Shown: positions 19,760-28,357 of the stretch, one piece after another
Layout: each line of letters starts with the position of its first letter
How positions within the stretch are numbered: the first letter of the stretch is position 1
DNA from: Halomonas sp.
GTDB taxonomy: Bacteria; Pseudomonadota; Gammaproteobacteria; Pseudomonadales; Halomonadaceae
Direction of reading: 5' to 3'
Length of the DNA stretch: 64,000 nucleotides
NCBI GenBank assembly: GCA_046540755.1
Contig: JBKHEO010000004.1
Span: 1,072-65,071, forward strand
Notes under the pieces: model-generated
Told to the model about the DNA's origin: nothing
Databases searched by the model: none
Seen by the model: only the letters and a program-made list of their open reading frames with translations
Position numbers and translations under genes: made by a program

Positions 19760-19792
19760 CGAGGCCCGCCCCTGCTCAGGGGGCGGGCCTCG
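19760..19792 (+). terminator. Hairpin after wrbA
   Basis: 13-bp stem cgaggcccgcccc / ggggcgggcctcg. Confidence 0.65.
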
Positions 19793-19818
19793 CCGCGTTC
19801 ACCCCGCGAGGCGCGCGG

Positions 19819-19914
19819 CGATGGCATCCCGCGTTTGGCTCGCTCCCTCCAGGCTGGCGTAGACGCTGCCGATGCCATGGCCGCCTCTTGGCAGGAGATG
19901 GCGACATCTTGCCG
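19819..19914. pseudogene. Chimeric remnant of a second copy of the SQR-like locus
   Basis: 19819-19881 matches 18095-18157 (62/63); 19878-19914 matches 18763-18799 (34/37). Confidence 0.85.
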
Positions 19915-20016
19915 CCTGTCCCGCGCCAAGCAGTGACGCTCCACCAGCGGCGAGGAGGTGATGGCGCCACGGCCCCGCAAGGGCTGAGGCATTGGCAGGG
20001 AAGGCGGGATAACGCA

Positions 20017-20048
20017 GCGACGGCCACCGCCAAAGCGGTGGCCGTCGC
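20017..20048 (-). terminator. Terminator hairpin downstream of the TonB-dependent receptor
   Basis: 14-bp perfect stem gcgacggccaccgc-caaa-gcggtggccgtcgc. Confidence 0.7.
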
Positions 20049-20096
20049 GTAATCGGGAGGTCTTGGTGGTCAGCCGGCGATGCGATCGAACCGCAA

Positions 20097-22586
20097 CTAG
20101 AACCGCAACCCAACCTCCAGGCTACCGCTACGCCCTGTTGTGGCCTGGCTGGAGTAGTCGCTGGTACTGTAGTCAACGCTGTCGTTGAACAAGTTAAGCA
20201 CCTCTAACTGGATGAAACCCTTGGCTTGACGCAGGATGGGAGGCTCCCAGCGAAGACGGGTGTCCACCGTCATCAGGGCATCGAAGTCGACATCCTCGTA
20301 GATATCGTAGTGGCGTCCCGTCTCCGGATCCTGTTGGTCCTCGAAGCTGTCGCGCGCGACGCTGCCGCCCTGACGCAAGTTGAAGAAATTGGACCAGGTG
20401 AGGTGCCAGCCGGGTACTTGCGTCACTGTCTGAAGGCGAACATCGACCGGTATATTGAAGTCCCAGGCCGGCAGTTCGTCCTCGTCGATCAGTTTACCCT
20501 GGTAGTAGACAGGATCCTCTTCCGGCTCGAGGTCATAACCGCTGCTGCCCTGATAGCTGCTGCGGCTGGTCTCCCGGTAGCTGATACCCAGAGAGGCGTG
20601 GTTGAGCGTGGCACCAAGCTCCCAGGGGCGGGCCATGGCGATATCCAGTGTTAGGCTGTCGGTGCTGCTGCGGCCTTCATTGCGGTAGTAGCTCAGGCCG
20701 TCGTCCTCCTCGAAGCGCAAGATGCCGTCTCGACTCTCGCGATTGACGAACTGGAGCTTGGTGTGGACCGGGCCCAGCTCCTGCATCCAGCCGATCATCA
20801 GCTCGTCGGAGTAGGGGGTGTCGAGGTCGCTGACGCCTGATTCGTCCTCGTAGGTGCGTGTGAAAAGAAGAGTGCCATCATCCTGGTAGAAACTCAGCTC
20901 CCTCCAGCTGCCAATGGTGTCATTGAGCTTGTAGCGAAGGAAATTACGACCGTAATAGCGGTTGGCCCCGGCAACAAGCCGTGTGCTGTCATCGCCAAAG
21001 GTATCCCATTCGGCCTTGAATCGTGGTGCGATGTCGAGGTTGTCCATGTAGCCGTTCCAGTCGGCGCGGACCCCGGGGGTAAAGGTCCAGTCGCCTAGCT
21101 CTATCCGGTCCTCCAGATACCAGGCTAGGTCGTTGTAGGTCAGGTCGACCTCGCCTGCGAAATAGTCGAAATTCTGGGCGAGGTAGGCGTCTCCTCGCCC
21201 GCTCTGACCGTCGCCGTCCTGGTCGACGCAGCCTTCGGCACCGTCCTCGATACACTGGTAGGACTCATAGGTGACGTCGTCGGGGCGCTCGTAGAAGCTG
21301 CGTGTGTGACGCAGCTGGGCGCCTATCGATACCTGGTGCCGCGAGTTGCCGAAATCAAGCTCGTCGAAGCGCAGCTCCGGGGCCAGAGTCGCCCGCGTCT
21401 GGGCCTGTTCGGTATCGCCGAAGCCGCCGCTCTGGGAGGGTTGACCGCTTCCTTCCCGATATTCGGCCATGGTGAAAGTGTTGCTGTCGCTGTCCAGGGT
21501 GTCGCTCAGGCGATCGACGCCGAGGTCCAGAGAGAAGTCGCCGATGGCCACTTCTCGCTCCCAGTGCAGCGTTGCCCCATACGCTTCATGACTCTTCTTG
21601 AAACGGTCATCGTAGCGAGTGCTGGTCAGCCCGTCGTGGCTGCGGTCGGTATAGCGAAACGAGAGCCCTAGCTCATCCTCTCCCAGGCGGGTATCGACAC
21701 GTCCCAGGATATTGCCGATGCGATCCTTATAGTCGATATTGTGAAGGACGCCTTCGCCGTCTTCATAGCTCTGGGCGAAGCGGGAGCTGCGCCGAGAGAC
21801 GTTTAAGGTTAAGCCGCTGTCATCGCCCAGGCTTTGTTGCAGGCTGATGCCATAATTCTGACGCAGGTAGTCGGGGGTATAGTCGCCCCGATAGTTGCTC
21901 TCAGGATCTTTGCGGTCGGCCTCGTCGACGTGAAAGCTCTCCCATTCGTCGCGCTTCTGGCCATGACGAAGGGACAGACTGTCTTCACCGTCATAACGTT
22001 TCAGCTCGGTGGATACCACGCCGCCGGTGAAGCCGCCATAGGCGGCGGGCACGTTGCTATCGAAGACCTCGACGCTCTCCAGCAAATCGACATCGAGAAA
22101 AAAGCCCTGAGGGGAGCTGCCCCCCGTAGGGTTGACCAGGCTGGGAGTTGACCAGACGTCCTCGTTATTGGCCGGATCCAGGTCGCTGCTCGTGTCGATC
22201 CCATCGAGAACGAACAGGTTCTGGTAGAAGGGTTGGCCGTGGATAGAGATCTCGCCGGGCTTGAGGGTAGCGCTGTTGGCCGACTGGTTGGCATCTCGGG
22301 AGAAGTCCACGGCGGTGTTCAGACGAAGGAGGTCCGAGAGATGGCCATCGCCGGTGGGCATCTCTGCAATATCCTTGTGATCATAGTGTGATCGATCAGC
22401 AAGCAGCTGACGACCGGCTTCAACTACGATAGTGTCGAGCCGATCCAACGTGGCAGCAGGGCATTCGCTCCCCTCAGGGCATTGATCCTGGGGCGCTTCG
22501 GCCCATGCCACACTGTAGCAGGTTAACAGGCTAGCGAGGCTTAACCCGAATTGTGCGGGTGTACGGCTTCGTGAAGGTTCGCTCAT
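20097..22586 (-). CDS. TonB-dependent outer-membrane transporter, YddB/FusA-like plug
   Basis: Signal peptide (AWA/E), TonB box DTIVV, plug motifs G.LSDLLR.N.AV, P.EISIHG..FYQN.F.LDGI, QGFFLDV.LL..VEVFDS.VP..YGGFTGGVV, IAPRF..EWD.FGD, GANRYYG, LDTPYSDE, C-terminal Phe; aggag RBS. Confidence 0.9.
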   Translation of the reverse strand: MSEPSRSRTPAQFGLSLASLLTCYSVAWAEAPQDQCPEGSECPAATLDRLDTIVVEAGRQLLADRSHYDHKDIAEMPTGDGHLSDLLRLNTAVDFSRDANQSANSATLKPGEISIHGQPFYQNLFVLDGIDTSSDLDPANNEDVWSTPSLVNPTGGSSPQGFFLDVDLLESVEVFDSNVPAAYGGFTGGVVSTELKRYDGEDSLSLRHGQKRDEWESFHVDEADRKDPESNYRGDYTPDYLRQNYGISLQQSLGDDSGLTLNVSRRSSRFAQSYEDGEGVLHNIDYKDRIGNILGRVDTRLGEDELGLSFRYTDRSHDGLTSTRYDDRFKKSHEAYGATLHWEREVAIGDFSLDLGVDRLSDTLDSDSNTFTMAEYREGSGQPSQSGGFGDTEQAQTRATLAPELRFDELDFGNSRHQVSIGAQLRHTRSFYERPDDVTYESYQCIEDGAEGCVDQDGDGQSGRGDAYLAQNFDYFAGEVDLTYNDLAWYLEDRIELGDWTFTPGVRADWNGYMDNLDIAPRFKAEWDTFGDDSTRLVAGANRYYGRNFLRYKLNDTIGSWRELSFYQDDGTLLFTRTYEDESGVSDLDTPYSDELMIGWMQELGPVHTKLQFVNRESRDGILRFEEDDGLSYYRNEGRSSTDSLTLDIAMARPWELGATLNHASLGISYRETSRSSYQGSSGYDLEPEEDPVYYQGKLIDEDELPAWDFNIPVDVRLQTVTQVPGWHLTWSNFFNLRQGGSVARDSFEDQQDPETGRHYDIYEDVDFDALMTVDTRLRWEPPILRQAKGFIQLEVLNLFNDSVDYSTSDYSSQATTGRSGSLEVGLRF

Positions 22587-22652
22587 GAATGTCAGGACTC
22601 CTGTACGGAATGGTTGGAACACGGTTGTGGTCAAATCCGACTTGTTATTGGG

Positions 22653-23753
22653 CTATGGCGTTTTTTTCGGGGAAGGGGGTAGCGCAGGAGGGTGGACTCT
22701 GGCCGGACGCCGGCTCAGGCTATGCAAGAAAGCTTCCAGGGCATCTAGCTCTTCATGGCTGAGCCCTAGAGGCTCGATCAGGTCTGACATCTCGGGCTGA
22801 CCGCCACGGTGGCCCTGTTGCATGCCCTGGTTGTAGGCGGCCAGGGTGCCGCGCAGATTGACGAAGAGCCCGTTATGCATCCAAGGCGTCGTGTACGTGA
22901 GATCGCGCAAGGAAGGTGTGCGAAAGGCTCCCTTGTCTTCTTCCTGGCCGGTGATAGAAAAGCGCCCCAGGTCTTCATGACGAGAACCGACGAGAGCCAG
23001 GCCGATATTGTGAAAACGGCCATCGGAAAACAGCGGACCATGGTGGCAATTCATGCAACGGGCCTTGGTGCGGAAGAGGTGCAGTCCTTCAATCTCTTGA
23101 TCGTCGAGACTGGCCTTGCCCTCCAGGAAGCGGTCAAAGCGGCTGGGGCGAGAGATCAGCGTGCGCTGGAAGGCAGCCAATGCCTTGCCAAGGGCTGATG
23201 CGGTTACGGAAGGCGTCCCGAGCGCTCGCTGGAAGGCTTCACGATAGCCTGGAATGGCGTTCAAAGTTTCTAGAACGGTATCGAGGTCTGCTGCCATCTC
23301 GATGGGATCTTCGATGGGAAGCAGCGCCTGCTCTTCCAGGCTGGAGGCACGGCCGTCCCAGAAGAAGCTGTCGAAGTAAGCCACATTGAGCAGCGTCATG
23401 GCATTTCGGGTGCCACGCTGTCGATCATGGCCGAACGACGTCGCTCGTCCATCACCCCAGCCAAGGTCGGGATCATGGCAGCTGGCGCAGGCTAGCTGTC
23501 CGGAGCCGGACAAACGTGGATCGAAGAAGAGCTGCTTGCCGAGTTCCTCCACCGCTGTGGTTTGCCAGGCCGGCAGCGCCGGCGCAGGGAGGCGACCCAG
23601 AGGCTCTGCATCGACGCCTTCCGCGACCGAGAAGGATGGCCACTGCCCTTGACGATAGCGGTCCAATAGCTCCTTGCTGAGATCCGCAGCGGCAGAAGAC
23701 GAGAGGAGGCAGCATGCCAAGAGCAGAATCCAACGAGAGGCGAGAGGAGTCAT
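22653..23753 (-). CDS. Periplasmic di-haem cytochrome c peroxidase (bCcP/MauG/MbnH superfamily)
   Basis: Signal peptide, LGKQLFFDPRLS, CASCH, RNAMTLLN, FWDGRASSLEEQA, CMNCH, FRTPSLR, PWMHNG. Confidence 0.92.
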   Translation of the reverse strand: MTPLASRWILLLACCLLSSSAAADLSKELLDRYRQGQWPSFSVAEGVDAEPLGRLPAPALPAWQTTAVEELGKQLFFDPRLSGSGQLACASCHDPDLGWGDGRATSFGHDRQRGTRNAMTLLNVAYFDSFFWDGRASSLEEQALLPIEDPIEMAADLDTVLETLNAIPGYREAFQRALGTPSVTASALGKALAAFQRTLISRPSRFDRFLEGKASLDDQEIEGLHLFRTKARCMNCHHGPLFSDGRFHNIGLALVGSRHEDLGRFSITGQEEDKGAFRTPSLRDLTYTTPWMHNGLFVNLRGTLAAYNQGMQQGHRGGQPEMSDLIEPLGLSHEELDALEAFLHSLSRRPARVHPPALPPSPKKTP

Positions 23754-23770
23754 GAGCGAACAAGAAGCCA

Positions 23771-23814
23771 AACGATAATTGTTCGCATCATATATTGTTG
23801 TTGATTTATGTCAA
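23771..23814 (-). promoter_or_regulatory. Promoter of the peroxidase-receptor operon with Fur-like and FNR-like boxes
   Basis: Minus strand TTGACA (23814-23809)-16-TATGAT (23792-23787); TTGAT-TTAT-GTCAA at 23801-23814; cGATAAT-t-gTTcgCA at 23773-23787. Confidence 0.7.
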
Positions 23815-23888
23815 CCCTGCATACTTCCTTGGTCGTGTTCAGGGGCCGAGACGTGGCTACCCCGTGCTAGGCACGGGGCGTCGGGGTC

Positions 23889-24965
23889 TTAGTCGGCGCC
23901 AAGCCGCGCAGCGATGGCGCGGCCCAGGGCCTCGGTGCTGCCCTGGCCGCCCACGTCGGGGGTGAGCACGGACGGGTCACCCTCGGCGAGCACCGCCTCG
24001 AAGGCGGCGACGATGGCATCCCCTGCCTCCTGGTGGCCGAGGTGCTCGAGCATCATCGCCGCCGACCAGATCTGGCCGATGGGGTTGGCGATGCCGCGCC
24101 CGGCGATGTCCGGGGCGCTGCCGTGGACCGGCTCGAAGAGGCTCGGGAAGGTACCCTCGGGGTTGATGTTGGCCGAGGGAGCCACGCCGATGGTGCCGGT
24201 GCAGGCCGGCCCCAGGTCGGAGAGGATGTCGCCGAACAGGTTGCTGGCCACCACCACGTCGAACCAGTCCGGGTGCATCACGAAGTTGGCGGTGAGGATG
24301 TCGATATGGAACTGGTCGACGCTGACGCCGGGATAGTGCCTGCCCATCTCGGCGACGCGCTGGTCCCACCAGGGCATGGTGATGGCGATGCCGTTGGACT
24401 TGGTGGCCGAGGTGAGCTTCTTCCGGGGTCGCGAGGCGGCCAGCTCATAGGCGAATCTCAGCACCCGGTCGACGCCGTGGCGGGTCATCACCGTCTCCTG
24501 GATCACCACCTCGCGCTCGGTACCCTCGAACATCTTGCCGCCGACGCTTGAGTACTCCCCCTCGGTGTTCTCGCGCACCACGTAGAAGTCGATCTCGCCG
24601 GGCTCACGGTCGGCCAGCGGGCTCCTCACGCCGGGCAGCAGCCGGCAGGGGCGCAGGTTGACATACTGGTCGAAGCGGCGGCGGAACTGCAGCAGCGAAC
24701 CCCACAGCGAAACATGGTCGGGCACGGTCTCCGGCCAGCCCACGGCGCCGTAGAAGAGGGCGTCGAAGTCCTTGAGCTGCTCGAACCAGTCGTCGGGCAG
24801 CATCTGGCCATGTTCGGTGTAGTAGTCGCAGCTGGCGAAGTCGAACGACGAGAGCTCGATCTCGATGCCGAAGCGCTCCGCGGCGGCCTGCAGGACGCGC
24901 ACGCCCTCGGGCATTACCTCCTTGCCGATGCCGTCGCCGGGGATCACCGCGATTCTGTGGGTCAT
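23889..24965 (-). CDS. dmlA: D-malate/tartrate dehydrogenase (decarboxylating), DmlA/TtuC family
   Basis: IAVIPGDGIGKEV, VPDHVSLWG, VVRENTEGEYS, NLFGDILSDL, FEPVHGSAPDIAG. Confidence 0.9.
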   Translation of the reverse strand: MTHRIAVIPGDGIGKEVMPEGVRVLQAAAERFGIEIELSSFDFASCDYYTEHGQMLPDDWFEQLKDFDALFYGAVGWPETVPDHVSLWGSLLQFRRRFDQYVNLRPCRLLPGVRSPLADREPGEIDFYVVRENTEGEYSSVGGKMFEGTEREVVIQETVMTRHGVDRVLRFAYELAASRPRKKLTSATKSNGIAITMPWWDQRVAEMGRHYPGVSVDQFHIDILTANFVMHPDWFDVVVASNLFGDILSDLGPACTGTIGVAPSANINPEGTFPSLFEPVHGSAPDIAGRGIANPIGQIWSAAMMLEHLGHQEAGDAIVAAFEAVLAEGDPSVLTPDVGGQGSTEALGRAIAARLGAD

Positions 24966-25071
24966 GAGGGCCTTCCTCGCTATCCGGGGATGGGTGGATG
25001 GGCTCCTCGCAGTCTAGCCCTCCTCGCCGCGTCGATAATCGGGCTAGAATGCAAGGTATTGTTGAGCAGAA

Positions 25072-26034
25072 GTGGAGAACCCGGTGGCCCAGCTCGATGA
25101 CCTGGCCTTCTTCCAGCGCCTGGCCCAGGCGGGAAGCCTTACCGCCACCGCCCGGGAGCTCGGCCTGTCGCTGTCGGCGGTGAGCAAGCGGCTCAAGCAG
25201 CTCGAGGCCCGCCTGGGCGCGACCCTGGCCAGCCGTACCACCCGCCGCCTGACCCTGACGCCGGAGGGAGAGCGCTACCTGACGCGCGGGGCGGCGATCC
25301 TCGAGGAGCTGGTGGAGCTCGAGGAGGCGCTCGGGGCGCAGCGCGCCGAGCTCTCGGGCCCGCTCAAGATCAACGCCCCCTTCGGTTTCGGGCGGCGCCA
25401 TGTGGCGCCGCTGCTGTCGAGCTTCCGTGCCCTCCACCCCGGGGTGGAGGCCTCCCTGGAGCTCACCAACTTCCCGCTGACCCCGGGGGAGCAGGGGGTG
25501 GATATCGGCATCCGGGTGGGCGAGCCTCCCGACTCGCGGCTGGTGGCCCGGCGCATCCTGGCCAACCGGCGTGTGCTGTGTGCCTCACCCGGCTACGCGG
25601 CGCGCATGGCGCCGCTGGCCTCGCCGGCGGACCTGGCCGCCCACCCCTGCCTGGTGCTGCGCGAGAACGACAGCGACTTCGCCCTGTGGCGCTTCCAGCG
25701 TCGCGGCGGGGCGGGGGAGGAGCAGGCGGTGAAGGTCTCGGGGCCACTGGCCAGCAACGACGGCGAGGTGATCGTGGGGCTGGCGCTGGATGGCCACGGC
25801 ATCGCGCTGCGTTCCTGGTGGGACGTGCATGCCCACCTGGCCGCCGGGCGGCTGGTCGAACTTCTGCCCGGCTGGCAGGGAGTGCGTGCCGACTTCCACG
25901 CGGTCTATCCCCAGCGCCGCCACGTGCCGCTGCGAATCCGCGCCTTCATCGCCTATCTTGAGCAGGAGATGGCGCGTCGCGTGCCGTCGCAGCCGGCAAC
26001 GGAAATCGCCAGACAAGGAGTCTCTCCACCGTGA
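25072..26034 (+). CDS. LysR-family regulator, DmlR-like, divergent from dmlA
   Basis: HTH GSLTATARELGLS.SAVSKRL..LE, RTTRRLTLT.EG, FGFGRRHVAP, SNDGE, GIALRSWWDV. Confidence 0.9.
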   Translation: MENPVAQLDDLAFFQRLAQAGSLTATARELGLSLSAVSKRLKQLEARLGATLASRTTRRLTLTPEGERYLTRGAAILEELVELEEALGAQRAELSGPLKINAPFGFGRRHVAPLLSSFRALHPGVEASLELTNFPLTPGEQGVDIGIRVGEPPDSRLVARRILANRRVLCASPGYAARMAPLASPADLAAHPCLVLRENDSDFALWRFQRRGGAGEEQAVKVSGPLASNDGEVIVGLALDGHGIALRSWWDVHAHLAAGRLVELLPGWQGVRADFHAVYPQRRHVPLRIRAFIAYLEQEMARRVPSQPATEIARQGVSPP

Positions 26035-27356
26035 ACGTGCTGATGTTCACCAACACCTATCTGCCGATCGTCGGCGGAGTCAGCGAATCGGTGCAGCGCC
26101 TCAAGCAACGGCTACAGGAAGCCGGGCACCGCGTGCTGGTCGTGGCGCCGCGTCTCGCGGGGCAGCCACGCTGCGAACCCGACGTGGTGCGGGTAACGGC
26201 GGTCCAGCACTTCAACGGCAGCGACTTCTCCCTGCCGGTGCCCATTCCCGGTCAGCTCGTCGAGGCGATCGAGGCCTTCGACCCCGATATCGTGCATGCC
26301 CACCACCCCTTCCTCCTCGGCGACACCGCGGTGCGAGCGGCGCAGACCTATGGGCTGCCGCTGGTGTTCACCCACCACACCCTCTACGAGCACTACACCC
26401 ACTACGTGCCCGGCGACTCGCCGCGCATGCAGCGCTTCGCCAAGGCGCTGGCCACGGAGTACACCCACCTGTGCGATGCGGTGATCGCCCCCAGCGAGAG
26501 CATTCGCGACCTGCTGCTCGCGCGCGATGCCAACCCGGCGATTCACGTGGTGCCCAGCGGCGTGGACACGCTGCGCTTCGCGGCCGGCAGCGGCGAAGCC
26601 TGGCGGCGGCGCCTGGGCATCGCGGCCGACGCCTACGTGATCGGCCACCTGGGCCGCCTGGCCCGGGAGAAGAACCTGGCCTTTCTCGCCGCGGCCGTGG
26701 CCAGGGCGCTGGCGGCCCTGCCGACGGCGCACTTCCTGGTGGTGGGCGAAGGGGACGCGCGCGGTGCGATGATCGAAGCCGCGGAGAAGCAGGGCGTCGC
26801 TTCGCGGGTGCACTTTACCGGGCGCCTGGAGGGGCAGGCGCTGATCGATGCCTACCACGCGATGGACGTCTTCGCCTTCGCCTCGCACAGCGAGACCCAG
26901 GGCATGGTGATCGCCGAGGCCATGGCAGCCGGCTTGCCGGTGGTGGCCGTGGACGCTCCTGGCGTTCGCGAAGTGGTCCATGACGGCAAGAACGGGCGAC
27001 GGCTCGACGAGGATGATGCCGACGCCTTCGCCGAGGCCCTGGTGTCGCTGTCGGCTCGCGACCCACGCATGACGCTGGGGAAGGGGGCGGGCGTCACGGC
27101 GGCGGCCTACGACGAGGCACGCTGTGCCGAGCGCTGTCTGGCCGTCTACCGAACCGCCATCGCGCGCAGCGGCGACTTCACCCACGCCGACGACGGCGGC
27201 TGGGAGCGAGTGCGGGCCCGGCTCGGCGCCGAGTGGTGCATGCTGCGCCATCGCGGACGGCTGCTGAAACAGCTGGTGCAGGAGGAGTGGGAGCACGACC
27301 GCCCCGACTGGTGGCCGCGCCGGCATCCGGCTGCATCGAAACTGCCCGAAAAGTGA
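26031..27356 (+). CDS. GT4 glycosyltransferase (GT-B fold)
   Basis: FTNTYLPIVGGVS, HAHHPF, FTHHT, GRLAREKN, ETQGMVIAEAMAAGLPVV; aaggag RBS. Confidence 0.88.
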   Translation: MNVLMFTNTYLPIVGGVSESVQRLKQRLQEAGHRVLVVAPRLAGQPRCEPDVVRVTAVQHFNGSDFSLPVPIPGQLVEAIEAFDPDIVHAHHPFLLGDTAVRAAQTYGLPLVFTHHTLYEHYTHYVPGDSPRMQRFAKALATEYTHLCDAVIAPSESIRDLLLARDANPAIHVVPSGVDTLRFAAGSGEAWRRRLGIAADAYVIGHLGRLAREKNLAFLAAAVARALAALPTAHFLVVGEGDARGAMIEAAEKQGVASRVHFTGRLEGQALIDAYHAMDVFAFASHSETQGMVIAEAMAAGLPVVAVDAPGVREVVHDGKNGRRLDEDDADAFAEALVSLSARDPRMTLGKGAGVTAAAYDEARCAERCLAVYRTAIARSGDFTHADDGGWERVRARLGAEWCMLRHRGRLLKQLVQEEWEHDRPDWWPRRHPAASKLPEK

Positions 27357-27360
27357 GGCT

Positions 27361-28038
27361 TCAGCGCCGGCGACGACGCTCGGCCCAGTATTTGAGCCCG
27401 GCCAGTAGCAGCACGCCCCCCAGCACGCCTCCGAAGGCCCAGGCCAGCTCGCCACGGCTGTCGGCGGTGGCCAGCTCGCCGAGCTGGCTGCCCAGCAGGG
27501 TGACGCCGGCCAGGCCGGGGACGATCCCCAGGGTCGAGCCGATCAGGTAGTCGCGAAAGCGCAGCCGGAAGGCGCCGGCCATCAGGTTGGTGAGCGTGAA
27601 AGGGGCCAGTGGCAGCAGGTTCACCAGGGTCATGGTGCGAATGCCGCGGCCGGCCAGGTAGCGCGCCAGGCCGCGCAGGCGGTGGCCGCCGTGGCGCAGC
27701 AGGGCCTCTCGGCCCAGGCGCCTGCCCACCCACCAGGTGAGTGTCGAGGCGGCGAGGGTGCCGGCCAGCGCATAGGCGAAGCCCCACCAGGGACCGAACA
27801 GCAACCCGGTCAGTGCCACCAGCAGGCTCAGCGGGAACATCACCAGCGAGGCGCTGGCGTAGACGGCCATCACCACCAGGACCGCCCAACTGGCGTCGCG
27901 CCAGGCAACGGAGCCCCTCACCAGCGCCATCAGCGCCTCGACGGTGAGCACCTCTTCCAGCGCCAGCCACTGCCAGCCGAGTCCCAGGGCCACCAGCACG
28001 GACAGCGCGACGAACAGGAGAAGGAGCGAGCGGGGCAT
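27361..28038 (-). CDS. TVP38/TMEM64 (DedA/SNARE-associated) membrane protein
   Basis: FP..LL....GLLFGPWWG, GRRLGR, LLPLAPF...N..AG. Confidence 0.85.
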   Translation of the reverse strand: MPRSLLLLFVALSVLVALGLGWQWLALEEVLTVEALMALVRGSVAWRDASWAVLVVMAVYASASLVMFPLSLLVALTGLLFGPWWGFAYALAGTLAASTLTWWVGRRLGREALLRHGGHRLRGLARYLAGRGIRTMTLVNLLPLAPFTLTNLMAGAFRLRFRDYLIGSTLGIVPGLAGVTLLGSQLGELATADSRGELAWAFGGVLGGVLLLAGLKYWAERRRRR

Positions 28039-28285
28039 GAACGGGCGCCTTGCTGCGGAATGGCTACAGGATACGAGGGCGGCGCCCGCCTTCCAATGGC
28101 GGCCGCTTCGGCGCGGCGACCATCCCCACGCGCTGCTATATGTGGGAGTGGCTGCAGGCCGGTGGCGGCGTGAGCCTCGCCCAGGAGCAGTGGGCATGAA
28201 ATGCCATGGGCATAAGCGAGATGTCTGTTAACACCAAAGTATTTTTTTCATTTTTCCTTGGCAGTGATTTTCCTTGTGGCTGTGA

Positions 28286-28344
28286 TTGCGAGCGCGGAGG
28301 TGCCTGGGTAAACTGGAATGGTTTCTAGTTGACAATAATTCTCG
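28286..28344 (+). promoter_or_regulatory. Sigma70 promoter and Fur box of the fecIR-like operon
   Basis: TTGCGA (28286)-17-TAAACT (28309); TGAcAAT-a-ATTcTCg at 28330-28344 resembles the Fur 7-1-7 motif. Confidence 0.7.
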
Positions 28345-28357
28345 AGAAATATGCCCC

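Noticed and set aside
19799-20176. 125-aa minus-strand ORF ending in HGIGSVYASLEGASQTRDAIA
   Set aside because: Only the tail matches the SQR-like protein, because of the duplicated fragment; the rest overlaps the receptor's end and its terminator, so it is not a credible gene
20097-23753. Methanobactin-type mbnT/mbnH or methylamine mauG locus
   Set aside because: No MbnP, MbnA/B/C or mau structural genes are nearby, and the receptor plug looks YddB/FusA-like
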